64,000 nt of DNA, taken from NCBI GenBank assembly GCA_963816355.1, contig CAWFKH010000006.1:224001-288000 (forward strand). The letters are read 5' to 3'. Below, piece after piece: positions 10,232-20,123 of this stretch. This DNA comes from an uncultured Gemmatimonadales bacterium. GTDB taxonomy: Bacteria > Gemmatimonadota > Gemmatimonadetes > Longimicrobiales > RSA9. The first letter of the stretch is position 1. Each line of letters opens with the position of its first letter. The notes below the pieces were generated by a model. It searched no databases. It worked only from the letters and a program-made list of their open reading frames with translations, and was not told the DNA's origin. A program made the position numbers and the translations under genes.

Positions 10232-11014
10232 TCAGTCGGAGCCGCCGGCGGAGGCGGTCGGCGCGTACTCGGACCGATACTCGAGCTTCACGCCCGCCGA
10301 GTTGCTCGCCTTCGTGACGACGACGAGCCGGCTCGTGCCGGGCGCGCGCGAGACGCGCTGCTCGACGTGGACGAGGTCGCCCACGTGGCGCTTCAGCTCG
10401 AGTGCGTCCCCCTTCCAGGATGCGCTCGCGTCGACCGTGGCGCCGTCGCCCCACTCGACCGACACCTCCCGCCCGGACGTCGGGACGATCGCGATGGCGC
10501 CATCATCGAAGGTGATGTGGACGACCGTGTCGCGCTGCTCGATGCGCAGGCCGCGCGGCGGATGCAGCAGGCCGTCCATCACCGCGCCGGCGCTCTCGTA
10601 GGCCTGGCGCGCGTCGGACGCACCCCGCCTGCGACCCTCCGTCCCCTCGCCCCGCCCCTCGCCGTCCTCGCCGCCCTCCCCCGGCCCCATGCGGCCCGGG
10701 CCGTAGCCGCCGCCCGGACCCATCCCGCCACCGATCGTGCCGCCGCCGCCGAAGCGGCTGCGGCCCCGCCGTGGATCGCGCCAGCCGGAGCCGCCGATCA
10801 GCGTCAGCGGGTCCTCGCTCGCCCTGCGGTCGATCGTCCAGTCGCCGGAGATCTGGACGCCGGGCGGCGGCGTGCTGCGCCCTGTGGATGCGCAGGCGGC
10901 GAACAGCGGCACGAGCGCCGCCGCGAGCAGGAGGAGGTGCCGGTCGGCCGCGCCCGCGGGCGATCGCGACGCGCGCGTCGCCCACGGGAGCCCGAAGCGG
11001 AGGAGTGCGAACAT
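10232..11014 (-). CDS. Hypothetical lipoprotein with a Gly-rich insert
   Basis: Hydrophobic stretch ending FAAC; ISGDWTIDRRASED followed by a beta-rich C-terminus; lies between the S8 peptidase and the dipeptidase on the same strand. Confidence 0.65.
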   Translation of the reverse strand: MFALLRFGLPWATRASRSPAGAADRHLLLLAAALVPLFAACASTGRSTPPPGVQISGDWTIDRRASEDPLTLIGGSGWRDPRRGRSRFGGGGTIGGGMGPGGGYGPGRMGPGEGGEDGEGRGEGTEGRRRGASDARQAYESAGAVMDGLLHPPRGLRIEQRDTVVHITFDDGAIAIVPTSGREVSVEWGDGATVDASASWKGDALELKRHVGDLVHVEQRVSRAPGTSRLVVVTKASNSAGVKLEYRSEYAPTASAGGSD

Positions 11015-11022
11015 GGTTCCCC

Positions 11023-12714
11023 TCAGGTTCCGCTGTGTCGCTGGGCCGCCAGTCGGATAGCGGCGTAAGCGTCGGCGATGCCGCCGGTGCGCGACAGCTC
11101 GTCGAACGGGATGGTGCCCTCGCCGCCCGGCCGCGCGACCGCCTGGTCCGGGTAGCGGGCGGCCGACTCGAGCAGGATCCGCTTGACGTCCGGTGCCGCG
11201 AGATCAGGGAAGTACGCCATGAGCACGGCGGCGAGACCGCTCACGACCGGCGCCGCCATGCTGGTGCCGCTCTCGCGCTTGTAACCGCCGGGCACCGTCG
11301 AGCGGATGTCGACGCCGGGCGCGAAGAGGTCGACCTCCTGCTTGCCGTAGTTGGAGAAGGGGGCGGCGAGGCTGTCAACGCCGCGCCACGAAGACGCGCC
11401 GACCTCGATCCAGTTCGCCGCCGAATCCCCGCTCAGGTAGTGCGGATTCGGGAACTCCGGCGCGCCGTCCACGTCCTTGCCGTCGTTGCCCGCCGCGTGG
11501 ACCATCAGCACCCCCTTCGAATCCGCGTAGCGGACCGCGTCGTCGACGGCGCCCTTCTGCGGCGAGTACGCCTTGCCGAAGCTCATGCTGATGATGTCGG
11601 CGCCGTGGTCGACGGCGTAGCGAATGCCGTTGGCGACGTCCTTGTCGCGCTCGTCGCCGTCGGGGACCACGCGGACCACCATCACCCGGATGTCCGGGGT
11701 GCGCCCGCCGGCGCCCGTCGCCGTCGCGCGCTCCTTCAGCACGATCCCGGCGACGTGCGTCCCGTGCAGCGCGTCCGGGCCCACCACGTCCGCGTTGCCG
11801 TACGTGCGCTGTTTCGTGTTCGCGTAGTCGTCGCCCACGATGTGGCGCGGGTCGTACTCCGGGTTGAAGCCGTAGTCGACCATGCTGGTGTACTGGTCCC
11901 TGCCCTCGGCGAGCGCTTCGGCCGTGAGCCCCTGCGAAGCGAGCTGGAGGTAGATCTGCTGCGCCCGCTGGACGCCCGGCGACGCGGGCTCGAGCGAGGC
12001 GACGCTCTCCGCGCTGAGCGAATCCCCGCCGAGCGCAGCGCTCAGCGTCGAATCGACCTGCGCCGTCATCGTCTCGATGCGCTCGATCTGCGTCAGCGTC
12101 TGCGTCGCTTCCTGGCGCCGCTTCTGGAAGTCCGCCTCCACCTCGCCGCAGCGCTCGAAATCCGAGCGCGCCTCGCCCTTCAGCGTGTCGGCGCTCGCGC
12201 CGGCGAACCGCTTCTGGCACGCCGCGTAGAGCCGCGTGACCTCCCACGTGTCGTGCTCGACGTCCCCCTGGGCGCCGCCGATGTAGTCCCAGCCGCGCAC
12301 GTCGTCGACCAGGCCATCGTCGTCGTCGTCCTTGCCGTTCACCGTCTCCTTCGGGTTCTTCCAGAAGTGGCCGCGCAGCTCCGCGTGCGTGGTGTCGATC
12401 CCGGAGTCGATGATCGCGACGACGACGCTCCGCTTCGGCTCGCGGGACGCCAGCAGCGTCCGCGCTCGCTCGAGGCCGATCCCCGGATAGCGGCCGCCGC
12501 TCAGATCGGTGAGCCACCAGCCTTCGGCCGGCTCCTTCGCCGGCGCCGCCGCGGGGGCCGGAGCGGTCGCGGGCGCCGGCGTCGCGCGCGGGGCCGGTGC
12601 GGTCGCCGGCGCCGGCGCCGGGCCCGGCGCCGGCGGGGTGGTGGGAGTGGTCGCTCGCGGCGCGCAGGCGGCCGCCAGGAGGAAGGGGACGAGGACGCCG
12701 GTTCTGCGGTTCAT
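11023..12714 (-). CDS. Subtilisin-like S8 peptidase lipoprotein
   Basis: Lipobox LAAAC, Pro/Ala linker, VAIIDSG, HGTHVAGI, AAGND and SGTSMAAP. Confidence 0.95.
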   Translation of the reverse strand: MNRRTGVLVPFLLAAACAPRATTPTTPPAPGPAPAPATAPAPRATPAPATAPAPAAAPAKEPAEGWWLTDLSGGRYPGIGLERARTLLASREPKRSVVVAIIDSGIDTTHAELRGHFWKNPKETVNGKDDDDDGLVDDVRGWDYIGGAQGDVEHDTWEVTRLYAACQKRFAGASADTLKGEARSDFERCGEVEADFQKRRQEATQTLTQIERIETMTAQVDSTLSAALGGDSLSAESVASLEPASPGVQRAQQIYLQLASQGLTAEALAEGRDQYTSMVDYGFNPEYDPRHIVGDDYANTKQRTYGNADVVGPDALHGTHVAGIVLKERATATGAGGRTPDIRVMVVRVVPDGDERDKDVANGIRYAVDHGADIISMSFGKAYSPQKGAVDDAVRYADSKGVLMVHAAGNDGKDVDGAPEFPNPHYLSGDSAANWIEVGASSWRGVDSLAAPFSNYGKQEVDLFAPGVDIRSTVPGGYKRESGTSMAAPVVSGLAAVLMAYFPDLAAPDVKRILLESAARYPDQAVARPGGEGTIPFDELSRTGGIADAYAAIRLAAQRHSGT

Positions 12715-12845
12715 GCGCTATCCATGTCGGGTGAATGTCGTGCAAGCGTACCCCGATCCGCCCGGCCCGTGTTCCCGGGGAAGGGCGCGGAGCGGTCGTG
12801 GACGGGCGCTGCCGGGCTTCTTTCGCGAGGATGGGTCCGGCGGGA

Positions 12846-12876
12846 GGGGGACGCCGGAGAAGACCGGCGTCCCCCC
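12846..12876. terminator. GC-rich hairpin downstream of the cupredoxin gene
   Basis: GGGGGACGCCGG-agaaga-CCGGCGTCCCCC. Confidence 0.55.
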
Positions 12877-12886
12877 GGCGCTCGCC

Positions 12887-13750
12887 TCAGCTGACGGTGA
12901 ACTGACGGATCATGCCGTGCGCGACGTGCGGTTTCCCGTCTGGTCCGGGGAAGAAGCACAGGTACGCGTAGTCGCCCGGCGTGAGATCGACCTCGAAGTA
13001 GCTCGCATCACCGGGCACGATCCCCGTCACGCCGCCGATCGGCTTGCCGGGAGGATCGCCCTGCATGTTGCCCTCGACGTAGGTCGCTACGTCCTGCGCC
13101 GTCTTGCCCGGCGCGAGCTGCACCATCACCAGCTCGTGCGGCTGCTGACCCGCGTTCTCGACCCGGATCACGTGGTGTCCGGCCGTCAGCGGCGCGCTCT
13201 CCTCGAAGCCGTAGTCGACCAGCTTGACCGTCGCGTCCGCCGTCGGCTCCGCGGTCTCCGGCCCCGAGACGACGGTCAGCGGCCGCGCCATCCCGCTCAT
13301 CACGTGCGGCCTGCCGGTCGAATCCGGGATGACACAGATGATGGCGTAGTTGCCCGGCTTCAGGTCCACGTCGCCGACCGCGGACGCGCCCGGCACGGCG
13401 GCGTTCGGGCCGCCCACGAACACCGCCCACGCCGGCGGAGGTCCCGCGCTCGTCATCGCCTGGTGCAGGTCCGCCAGGGTGTGGCCGTCGTCGAGGCGTA
13501 CGAGTTGCACGTGGTGCAGCGACGGTCCGTTGTTCGTCAGCGTGATCCGAGTCCAGCCGGCCGGAACCGTATCCGGCGCCGCGAAAGCGAAGTCCGCGGC
13601 CGCGATCGCCAGCGCGTGGGCAGGAGCGAGCGTGGTCGCGGGCGCCGCGTTCTCCGCGGCTGCCGAATCGTCCGGGTTCTCCTGCATCCCGCAGCCAGCG
13701 AGGAAGGCGCCCAGCGCCAGCGTGGGGAAGAGGGCACGCATGCGAGGCAT
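12887..13750 (-). CDS. Lipoprotein with two tandem cupredoxin-like domains
   Basis: Lipobox LAGC; two copies of H...C-x9-H-x4-M (CVIPDSTGRPHVMSGM and CFFPGPDGKPHVAHGM). Confidence 0.75.
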   Translation of the reverse strand: MPRMRALFPTLALGAFLAGCGMQENPDDSAAAENAAPATTLAPAHALAIAAADFAFAAPDTVPAGWTRITLTNNGPSLHHVQLVRLDDGHTLADLHQAMTSAGPPPAWAVFVGGPNAAVPGASAVGDVDLKPGNYAIICVIPDSTGRPHVMSGMARPLTVVSGPETAEPTADATVKLVDYGFEESAPLTAGHHVIRVENAGQQPHELVMVQLAPGKTAQDVATYVEGNMQGDPPGKPIGGVTGIVPGDASYFEVDLTPGDYAYLCFFPGPDGKPHVAHGMIRQFTVS

Positions 13751-13888
13751 TCCAGCACTCCCGTGAAAAAGGTAGAGGGGGTCGTCGTCGCCCGCTCGAC
13801 GGTGGGCCGACGGGGGAGGAAGATGCACGGCGCACGAGTCGCACGCCAGCGGTGCGCGACGGCCCGTCCCGCGGGCCGGGCGGCCTCT

Positions 13889-13933
13889 CCCGGGAACGGG
13901 GCGGCTGCTCCCGGGAACGGGGCGGCTGCTCCC
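13889..13933. repeat. 21-bp tandem duplication (CCCGGGAACGGGGCGGCTGCT) x2
   Basis: Read directly from the sequence. Confidence 0.8.
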
Positions 13934-14094
13934 GCGAGCGGGGATCTCCCTGCGCCCGGCGCGGCGTCTCCCGGTCCCCTCGCGCGGGCCGGGCCGGTTT
14001 CGCCGATCCGCCGCCAACTCCCGCATCTCGTTGTGAGACATTACATTGAGAACATGCTGCGTCAGAGCATGCCGCCCCGTTCCTCCGGCGCCGC

Positions 14095-14771
14095 GTGAAC
14101 CGCGGCTTCCTCCGGCGCACCCTCTCCAGCGAGGGAGAGGAGCACCGGTACGTCGTCTATGTGCCCGACGTCTACGACCCCGGCACGCCCATCCCCGCCA
14201 TCCTCTTCCTGCACGGCCGTGGGGAGCAGGGCGCCGACGGCTGGAAGCAGGTCGCGGTGGGACTCGGACCGGCCATCATGCTGCGCGCGGAGCGCTGGCC
14301 GTTCGTCGTCGTGTTCCCGCAGAAGCCGCCCGGCTCCGACGGCTGGTTCGGCCACGCGAAGATCGCGCTGGACGCGCTGGCGCGCACGCGCGCGGAGCTG
14401 GCGATCGACCCCGCGCGCGTCTACATCACCGGCGTCTCGATGGGAGGCTTCGGACGTGGCGCATCGCGGCGCGGCATCCGGATCTCTTCGCCGCCGCCGC
14501 GCCGATCTGTGGCGGTGGCGACGTCGCCCGCGCAGAGGCGCTGCGCGCGATGCCGATCTGGGCCTTCCACGGCGAGGCGGACGACGTCGTGGCGCCCGCG
14601 GAGACGGAGCAGATGATCGCCGCCGTGCGGGCGGCGGGCGGCGAGCCCCGCTTCACGCTGTACGCCGGCGTCGGCCACAACGCGTGGGATCGCGCCTACC
14701 GCACGGAGCCGCTTCCGGCGTGGCTCATGGCGCAGCGGCGGTCGGTTCCCGGCTCGGATGTTAGGTTCTAG
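14095..14771 (+). pseudogene. Alpha/beta hydrolase (predicted peptidase/esterase) split by a frameshift near 14453
   Basis: First frame: ILFLHGRGEQG...YITGVSMGGF. Second frame: TWRIAARHPDLFAAAAPICGG...WAFHGEADDVV...GHNAW. One base is missing just after the GxSxG nucleophile; may be a sequencing error. Confidence 0.8.
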
Positions 14772-14774
14772 GGC

Positions 14775-15791
14775 ATGGGAGGCATGGCCGGAATCGCGAC
14801 CGATACGCTCGACCGGAGCGAAGCGGAGAGGCGCTGCCTCTTCTGCCGCTCGCCCCTGCGCAGCGGCGCCGAGGCGCGATCGGCCGCCGGGATCTCGGTG
14901 GCGTTCGACACCGAGGAGCGGCGGGTATGGGACGTCTGCCCCCGCTGCCGCCGCTGGAACCTGTTGGAGCCCGAGGAGCGCGGCGCCCGGATCGACGACA
15001 TCGAGCGACGCGTCCGCCGGCACGGAAGACAGCTCGCCGCCACCGCGAACGTGTCGCTGCTCGATCTCGGCGGCGATCGCGTGCTGCGGGTGGGTCCGGC
15101 GCCGCTCGCCGAGCAGGCGTGGTGGCGGTACGGCCGTGTGCTGCGCCACAGGCACGCACGTTTCGGCAGCGCCATCACGCGCTTCACCGCCTACACCGGG
15201 GAAGGCGTGTCCTTCCTGGGCCGCAAGGTGGGCCGCACGCGGCGGATCCCCTCCTTCGCCTGGGACGATTCGCCGGGCAGCGAAGCGGTCCGCTGGTGGC
15301 GCTTCGGCCGCACAGCGTGGGCCGGCCGCAGCGCATGCCGCCACTGCGGCAGCGTGCTGCGCGCGTTCGACTTCGACGACGCCTGGCACGCGCAGATCGT
15401 CCTCGGCTCCGACGGCCGCGCGGGAATCGGCCTGCCGTGCACCCGGTGCGACCCATGGACGCCGGAGAAGCTCTTCCGCATCGGCGGCCCCGACGCCCAC
15501 CTGCTGCTGCGCCGCGTGCTCGCCTACCAGAACGTCGCCGGTGCCGCCGAGCGCACGATTGCGCGGGCCGCACGCGACATCGAGGACGCCGGCTCCGCCG
15601 CCGCCTATGCCGAGCGGCTCGCCGCCAGCGGCCATTCGCTCCACCGGCTCGGACCGATGCGCGTGCTCGCCCTCGAAATCGCACTCAGCGACGACGCCGA
15701 GCGACGCGCGGCGCGGGCGGAACTCCGTGGCCTCGAGGCGGCGTGGCGCCGCGAGGACGAGATCGCGCGCATCGTCGACGCCGAACTGTAG
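14775..15791 (+). CDS. Hypothetical protein with four CxxC motifs
   Basis: CLFC, CPRC, CRHC and CTRC; C-terminal coiled coil; tightly coupled to neighbouring genes. Confidence 0.7.
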   Translation: MGGMAGIATDTLDRSEAERRCLFCRSPLRSGAEARSAAGISVAFDTEERRVWDVCPRCRRWNLLEPEERGARIDDIERRVRRHGRQLAATANVSLLDLGGDRVLRVGPAPLAEQAWWRYGRVLRHRHARFGSAITRFTAYTGEGVSFLGRKVGRTRRIPSFAWDDSPGSEAVRWWRFGRTAWAGRSACRHCGSVLRAFDFDDAWHAQIVLGSDGRAGIGLPCTRCDPWTPEKLFRIGGPDAHLLLRRVLAYQNVAGAAERTIARAARDIEDAGSAAAYAERLAASGHSLHRLGPMRVLALEIALSDDAERRAARAELRGLEAAWRREDEIARIVDAEL

Positions 15792-15830
15792 GCGACGCTG
15801 TCCGGCCCTGTCTCGCGCGGGAGGTAGCTC

Positions 15831-16358
15831 ATGCGTTGGCTGTGGATCGTCGCCGGCGTCGTCGGCGCGCTGATCCTGCTCGTGCTGGGAGTCGGGCTGG
15901 TGCTGCCGCGCAGTCACCGGGCGACCGGGAGCCGGAGCTTCGCGGCCGCGCCGGAGGATGTGTGGCGCGCACTCGTCAGCGTGGAGGCGTATCCGTCCTG
16001 GCGACCGGACGTGCAGCGCGTCGCGCTGCGACCGGCGCAGGAGGGGCGTCGTGTGTGGACCGAGCACGGAACGCAGGGCGCGACGACGTTCATCGAGCTG
16101 CGCGTGGAGCCGCCCCGGCTGTGGGTGGTGCGCGTGGCGCCGGGCGGCCCTTTCGGCGGAAGCTGGACGTACTCGATCGAGCCGGCGGCGAGCGGGTCGC
16201 GCGTCACCATCACGGAGGACGGCGAGATCTACAATCCGGTGTTCCGCTTCGTCGCTCGCTTCTTCATGGACATGAACGCCTCGATCGAGCGCTACCTGGA
16301 AGCGCTCGACCGTCGCCTCGCATCCGCGGGCGAAGCGCGCCGGGCGCCGCAGGCGTGA
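15831..16358 (+). CDS. SRPBCC/START family protein with an N-terminal membrane anchor
   Basis: RBS GGAGG; hydrophobic N-terminus; APEDVWRAL, YPSWR, FGGSWTY and VTITEDGEIYNPVFRF. Confidence 0.82.
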   Translation: MRWLWIVAGVVGALILLVLGVGLVLPRSHRATGSRSFAAAPEDVWRALVSVEAYPSWRPDVQRVALRPAQEGRRVWTEHGTQGATTFIELRVEPPRLWVVRVAPGGPFGGSWTYSIEPAASGSRVTITEDGEIYNPVFRFVARFFMDMNASIERYLEALDRRLASAGEARRAPQA

Positions 16359-16540
16359 CGCCCGGTTCCCGCCGCAGCCGGCGTGAGGCCGCGCGCCGCA
16401 GCCGGCCGCCTTAACGAAAACTCCCCCGCGCGCGTCTTCCTACCGTAGGCGGGCAGTCGCCGCCATAGGCCGGCAGTCGCCGTGGCGACGGCGGCGCCCA
16501 TCGCCGGCGAGGACGCCGGCGCTCATCCCACGGAGGAACG

Positions 16541-17287
16541 ATGCGTAGCCGAAGCTCATGGATCGCTCTCGCGCTCGTCGCGGTGTCCGCGGCAGCGCTG
16601 TCGGCGCAGCAGACGCCGAACCCCAATCCCCGCCCGCGCGCCGGGACGCCGCGCGCGATGATGCGCATGGCACCCGGGCAGGGCGCCGGCTTCGGCCCGG
16701 CCGCGCGCCTGCTGCGGATGCGGGAAGTCCTTTCCCTGACCGACGACCAGGTCTCGCGCCTCGAGGCGCTCGCCCGCAAGCAGCAGGCGCGGCCGACGCC
16801 TCACGCGGCAGACGTGCTCCGCGCCCGCGCCGACCTGCTTCAGGCGACCGAGGGCGAGATCGACGTGGGCGCCGCGCGCGCGGCCCTGGAGCGGATGTCG
16901 AAGCTGCGTATCGACGCCGCCGTCGCGGGGCTCCAGGCCGCGAAGGACGCGCGCGCGATCCTGACGCCCGAGCAGCGAACCCGGATGCAGGGGGTCGAGC
17001 GGCGCATGATGGCGCGCTTCCGCGCGATGCGTCGGGGCGGCAACGGCGACCGAGGAGGCTCCGGCTTCGGTGGCCGCGCGGGCGGCCGCGGCATGATGCC
17101 GGGCATGCTGCCGGGCATGGGGCGCGGCATGATGCCGGGCATGATGCCAGGCATGGGACGGGGCATGATGCCAGGCATGGGACGGGGCATGATGCCGGAC
17201 GGGTTCGACATGCAGCACGGCGCGCCGCCGATGCCCCGGATGGCGCCGCCGGCACCGCCGTCTCCGGACACGACGGGCGGGCGCTGA
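16541..17287 (+). CDS. Spy/CpxP-like (LTXXQ) periplasmic protein with a Met/Gly-rich repeat tail
   Basis: RBS GGAGG, signal peptide, LSLTDDQ and ILTPEQR motifs, (GMGRGMMP)n tail. Confidence 0.75.
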   Translation: MRSRSSWIALALVAVSAAALSAQQTPNPNPRPRAGTPRAMMRMAPGQGAGFGPAARLLRMREVLSLTDDQVSRLEALARKQQARPTPHAADVLRARADLLQATEGEIDVGAARAALERMSKLRIDAAVAGLQAAKDARAILTPEQRTRMQGVERRMMARFRAMRRGGNGDRGGSGFGGRAGGRGMMPGMLPGMGRGMMPGMMPGMGRGMMPGMGRGMMPDGFDMQHGAPPMPRMAPPAPPSPDTTGGR

Positions 17288-17357
17288 ATCGTACGCCGGC
17301 GCGATTCGCTCGCGCCGGCGCACCTTCTCAGGCACCTCTTCAGGCGCCGACTCCGAC

Positions 17358-19850
17358 TCAGGCGCCGAACTCGGCCCCGATCGAGGCGCCCACCTTCTCG
17401 AGGAGCTGGGCGGGGGTGAACGGCTTCTGGATGAAGCTCGCCACCGCGGTCGCGACGCCACGCCGAAGCACTTCGTCCTCGGTGTAGCCGCTCATGAAGA
17501 TGGTGGGGATGCCGGGGCGCAGCGCCTCGATCCGCTCCGCCAGCTCGCGACCGTCCATCTCCGGCATCACGACGTCCGTGAGGAGCAGGTCGATCTCGGT
17601 CTCGCGCTCGTTGAGGATGTGGCGGAGCGCGGCGGACGGGCTCTCCGCTTCCAGCACGTGGTAACCCGCGCGCTCGAGGATTCGCCGCGCGAGCCGTCGG
17701 ACCGCGTGTTCATCCTCTACCAGCAGCACGGTTTCGCCGCAGCCGCCCACGGGATGCGATTCCGTCGCGGGGGGCGCGATCGGCTCCTCCGGGGCGGCGT
17801 CGACGGCGGGGAGGTAGACGTTGAACGTCGTCCCCTCGCCGATCTCGCTCGCGACGTCGATCGCCCCGCCGCTCTGCGTGACGATGCCGTACACGGTGGC
17901 GAGCCCGAGACCCGTGCCCGCGCCGATCTCCTTCGTCGTGAAGAACGGCTCGAAGATGTGCTGGCGCGTCTTGGCGTCCATCCCCGCACCGGTGTCGGTG
18001 ACGGACAGGCGGACGTAGCGACCGGGGCGCAGCGATCCCGGGATCTCGTCTTCGGCGCCGGAGGCACCGATCTCCGCTGCGGCGACGCGGATCGTGAGCG
18101 TTCCGCCGCCCGGCATGGCGTCGCGGGCGTTCACGGCGAGGTTCATCACGACCTGCTCGAGCTGCGCGAGGTCGGCGCGGATGCGATGAGTTCCGTCGTC
18201 CGGCACCACGCGCAGCTCGATGTCCTCGCCGATCAACCGGCGCAGCATCTTCTCCATCCCCGTAACGACGGCGGCGGGATCGAGCACGCGCACGACCATC
18301 ATCTGGCGGCGGCCGAAGGCGAGGAGCTGCTGCGTGAGGCGAACGGCGCGCTCGGCTCCTCGATCGATCTCCAGGACCTCGTCGCGCGTCGGATCGTTCG
18401 CGGGAAGCGTCTCGAGGAGGAGCTGGGCGTGCCCCCGCACGATGGTGAGGACGTTGTTGAAGTCGTGGGCGATGCCGCCCGCGAGTCGTCCGATCGCCTC
18501 GAGCCGCTCCGACTCGCGAACGCGGGTCTCCAGCGCGTGCTGACGCGAGATATCGCGGGAGTTGCAGATGAGCCCCTGGATCGTGGGGTCCGCGAAGCGG
18601 TTGCGGGCGGTGATCTCGAGGTGATGCCAGGCACCGTCCTTGTGCCGGATGCGGCACTCGACGGTGCGGACGCCATCCGGCTCGGCCGCGAGCGCAACGA
18701 GCTCGGCCTCGACGCGAGCGACGTCGTCGGGGTGCACGAGGGTGGTGGCGCGGGTGCCTACGAGATCCTCGGGCGTCCAGCCGAGCATGCGCGCGACGGA
18801 CGGGCTGTGGTAGCGGATGGTGCCGTCCGCATCGAGGATCGACATGGTGTCGCTGGCGTTCTCGACCAGCGAGCGGAAGCGTCGTTCGCTCGCCAGCAGC
18901 GCTTCCTTGGAATCCCGAACCTCTTCCAGCAGCAGGCCGATCGAACGCGCGCGCTCGACCGCACGCCTGCGAGCCCACGCCAGCGCGAGCACGAGCAGCA
19001 GCGCCATCACCAGCGCGATCTCGCGGTACGGCGGGATCGGTGCAAACGAGAAGTCGGCGGTGTCGCGCGGGTAGAGGATGTAGCCCGCATCGAAGGGGGG
19101 CGACGACGCCCGCTGGCCCGGAACCCCGACGACCTCCACCTTGCCGCCGTGCCGCAGGTGCTCGGCGAAGCGCGGCTCGGTGATCCAGGCGTCCGCGAGG
19201 TTGACGAGGATCGAGCCGGAGCGGTCGCTCAGCACGGCCCGGATCTCGCCCGCTTCGTTCTCGCGGACCGTGAGGTCGCCCGCCACCCGCACGAGCCTCC
19301 CCTCGAAGCGCTCGCCCTTGACGTCCGTGGCAAGGACGTTGCGGGGCAGCGGCAGCGCTACCTTGCCGAGTCGGACGTAGGATCCGACGATCAGCTCCTC
19401 CTGACCCCGGTACTGCCCCACGACCCCCTGGACGCGCACACTGTCGCCCCGGAAGAGGTGACGCACGAGGAACGCCGTGTCGCGGCTGAACAACACGATG
19501 CCGGCGGTGCCGTCCTGCACGTTGGCGACGCTCGCGTTGCCGGCGAGGCTCACTGCGTCCGAGGTGACGACGCCCTCCACCGCGACGGTGGCCCCCAGCC
19601 GATCCGGCACGAAGTCGCCGTTCAGGTCAAGGACGGCCTGCCGGATCGGGATGGTGGGAATCCGCTGGGCCGAGCCGGGCGGCGGGGCGGCGCCGAGCCA
19701 GACCGCCAGCAGTGCGAGCGTCCGGAGCCCCCGCGCAGGCGTGCGGCCCGCCGCTCCCTGGGGGAAACGGGCCGCAGGGTCGGAAGGCCGCCGGGGCGGT
19801 CGTAAGAGCATCGTCACGTTCCTGTTCGGCTCTTGGGCCGTCGTCCCCAT
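17358..19850 (-). CDS. Hybrid histidine kinase: signal peptide, two OB-fold-like extracellular domains, TM, PAS, HisKA, HATPase, REC
   Basis: LAGGIAHDFNN, NLAVNARDAM, DTGAGM, FEPFFTTK, GTGLGL, LLVEDE, DLLLTDVVMP and KPF; start approximate. Confidence 0.9.
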   Translation of the reverse strand: MGTTAQEPNRNVTMLLRPPRRPSDPAARFPQGAAGRTPARGLRTLALLAVWLGAAPPPGSAQRIPTIPIRQAVLDLNGDFVPDRLGATVAVEGVVTSDAVSLAGNASVANVQDGTAGIVLFSRDTAFLVRHLFRGDSVRVQGVVGQYRGQEELIVGSYVRLGKVALPLPRNVLATDVKGERFEGRLVRVAGDLTVRENEAGEIRAVLSDRSGSILVNLADAWITEPRFAEHLRHGGKVEVVGVPGQRASSPPFDAGYILYPRDTADFSFAPIPPYREIALVMALLLVLALAWARRRAVERARSIGLLLEEVRDSKEALLASERRFRSLVENASDTMSILDADGTIRYHSPSVARMLGWTPEDLVGTRATTLVHPDDVARVEAELVALAAEPDGVRTVECRIRHKDGAWHHLEITARNRFADPTIQGLICNSRDISRQHALETRVRESERLEAIGRLAGGIAHDFNNVLTIVRGHAQLLLETLPANDPTRDEVLEIDRGAERAVRLTQQLLAFGRRQMMVVRVLDPAAVVTGMEKMLRRLIGEDIELRVVPDDGTHRIRADLAQLEQVVMNLAVNARDAMPGGGTLTIRVAAAEIGASGAEDEIPGSLRPGRYVRLSVTDTGAGMDAKTRQHIFEPFFTTKEIGAGTGLGLATVYGIVTQSGGAIDVASEIGEGTTFNVYLPAVDAAPEEPIAPPATESHPVGGCGETVLLVEDEHAVRRLARRILERAGYHVLEAESPSAALRHILNERETEIDLLLTDVVMPEMDGRELAERIEALRPGIPTIFMSGYTEDEVLRRGVATAVASFIQKPFTPAQLLEKVGASIGAEFGA

Positions 19851-20123
19851 GTGAGCGCCGCCCGTCGTCCGGGAGCGACGGGTCGCGGGGAGGATGGATT
19901 TTGAACGGGGTGCCACAATTTCGTCTCGGTGGGTCCGGATGACAAGGTTCGCGGCTCCGGTCGGATCCGCTCCCGGGAACCGCGGCGGCGGTCGCCGGAT
20001 TCGCGGGGCGTGATGCCGCGGGGTGCCGCCGGAGCCGGAGCGGCGAACCGCGGCCGGAAGGACAGCCGGGCCGGCGCACCCCGGCGGTGGTCCGGCGCGT
20101 ACCCTCTCGACGTGGAGGCTTCG

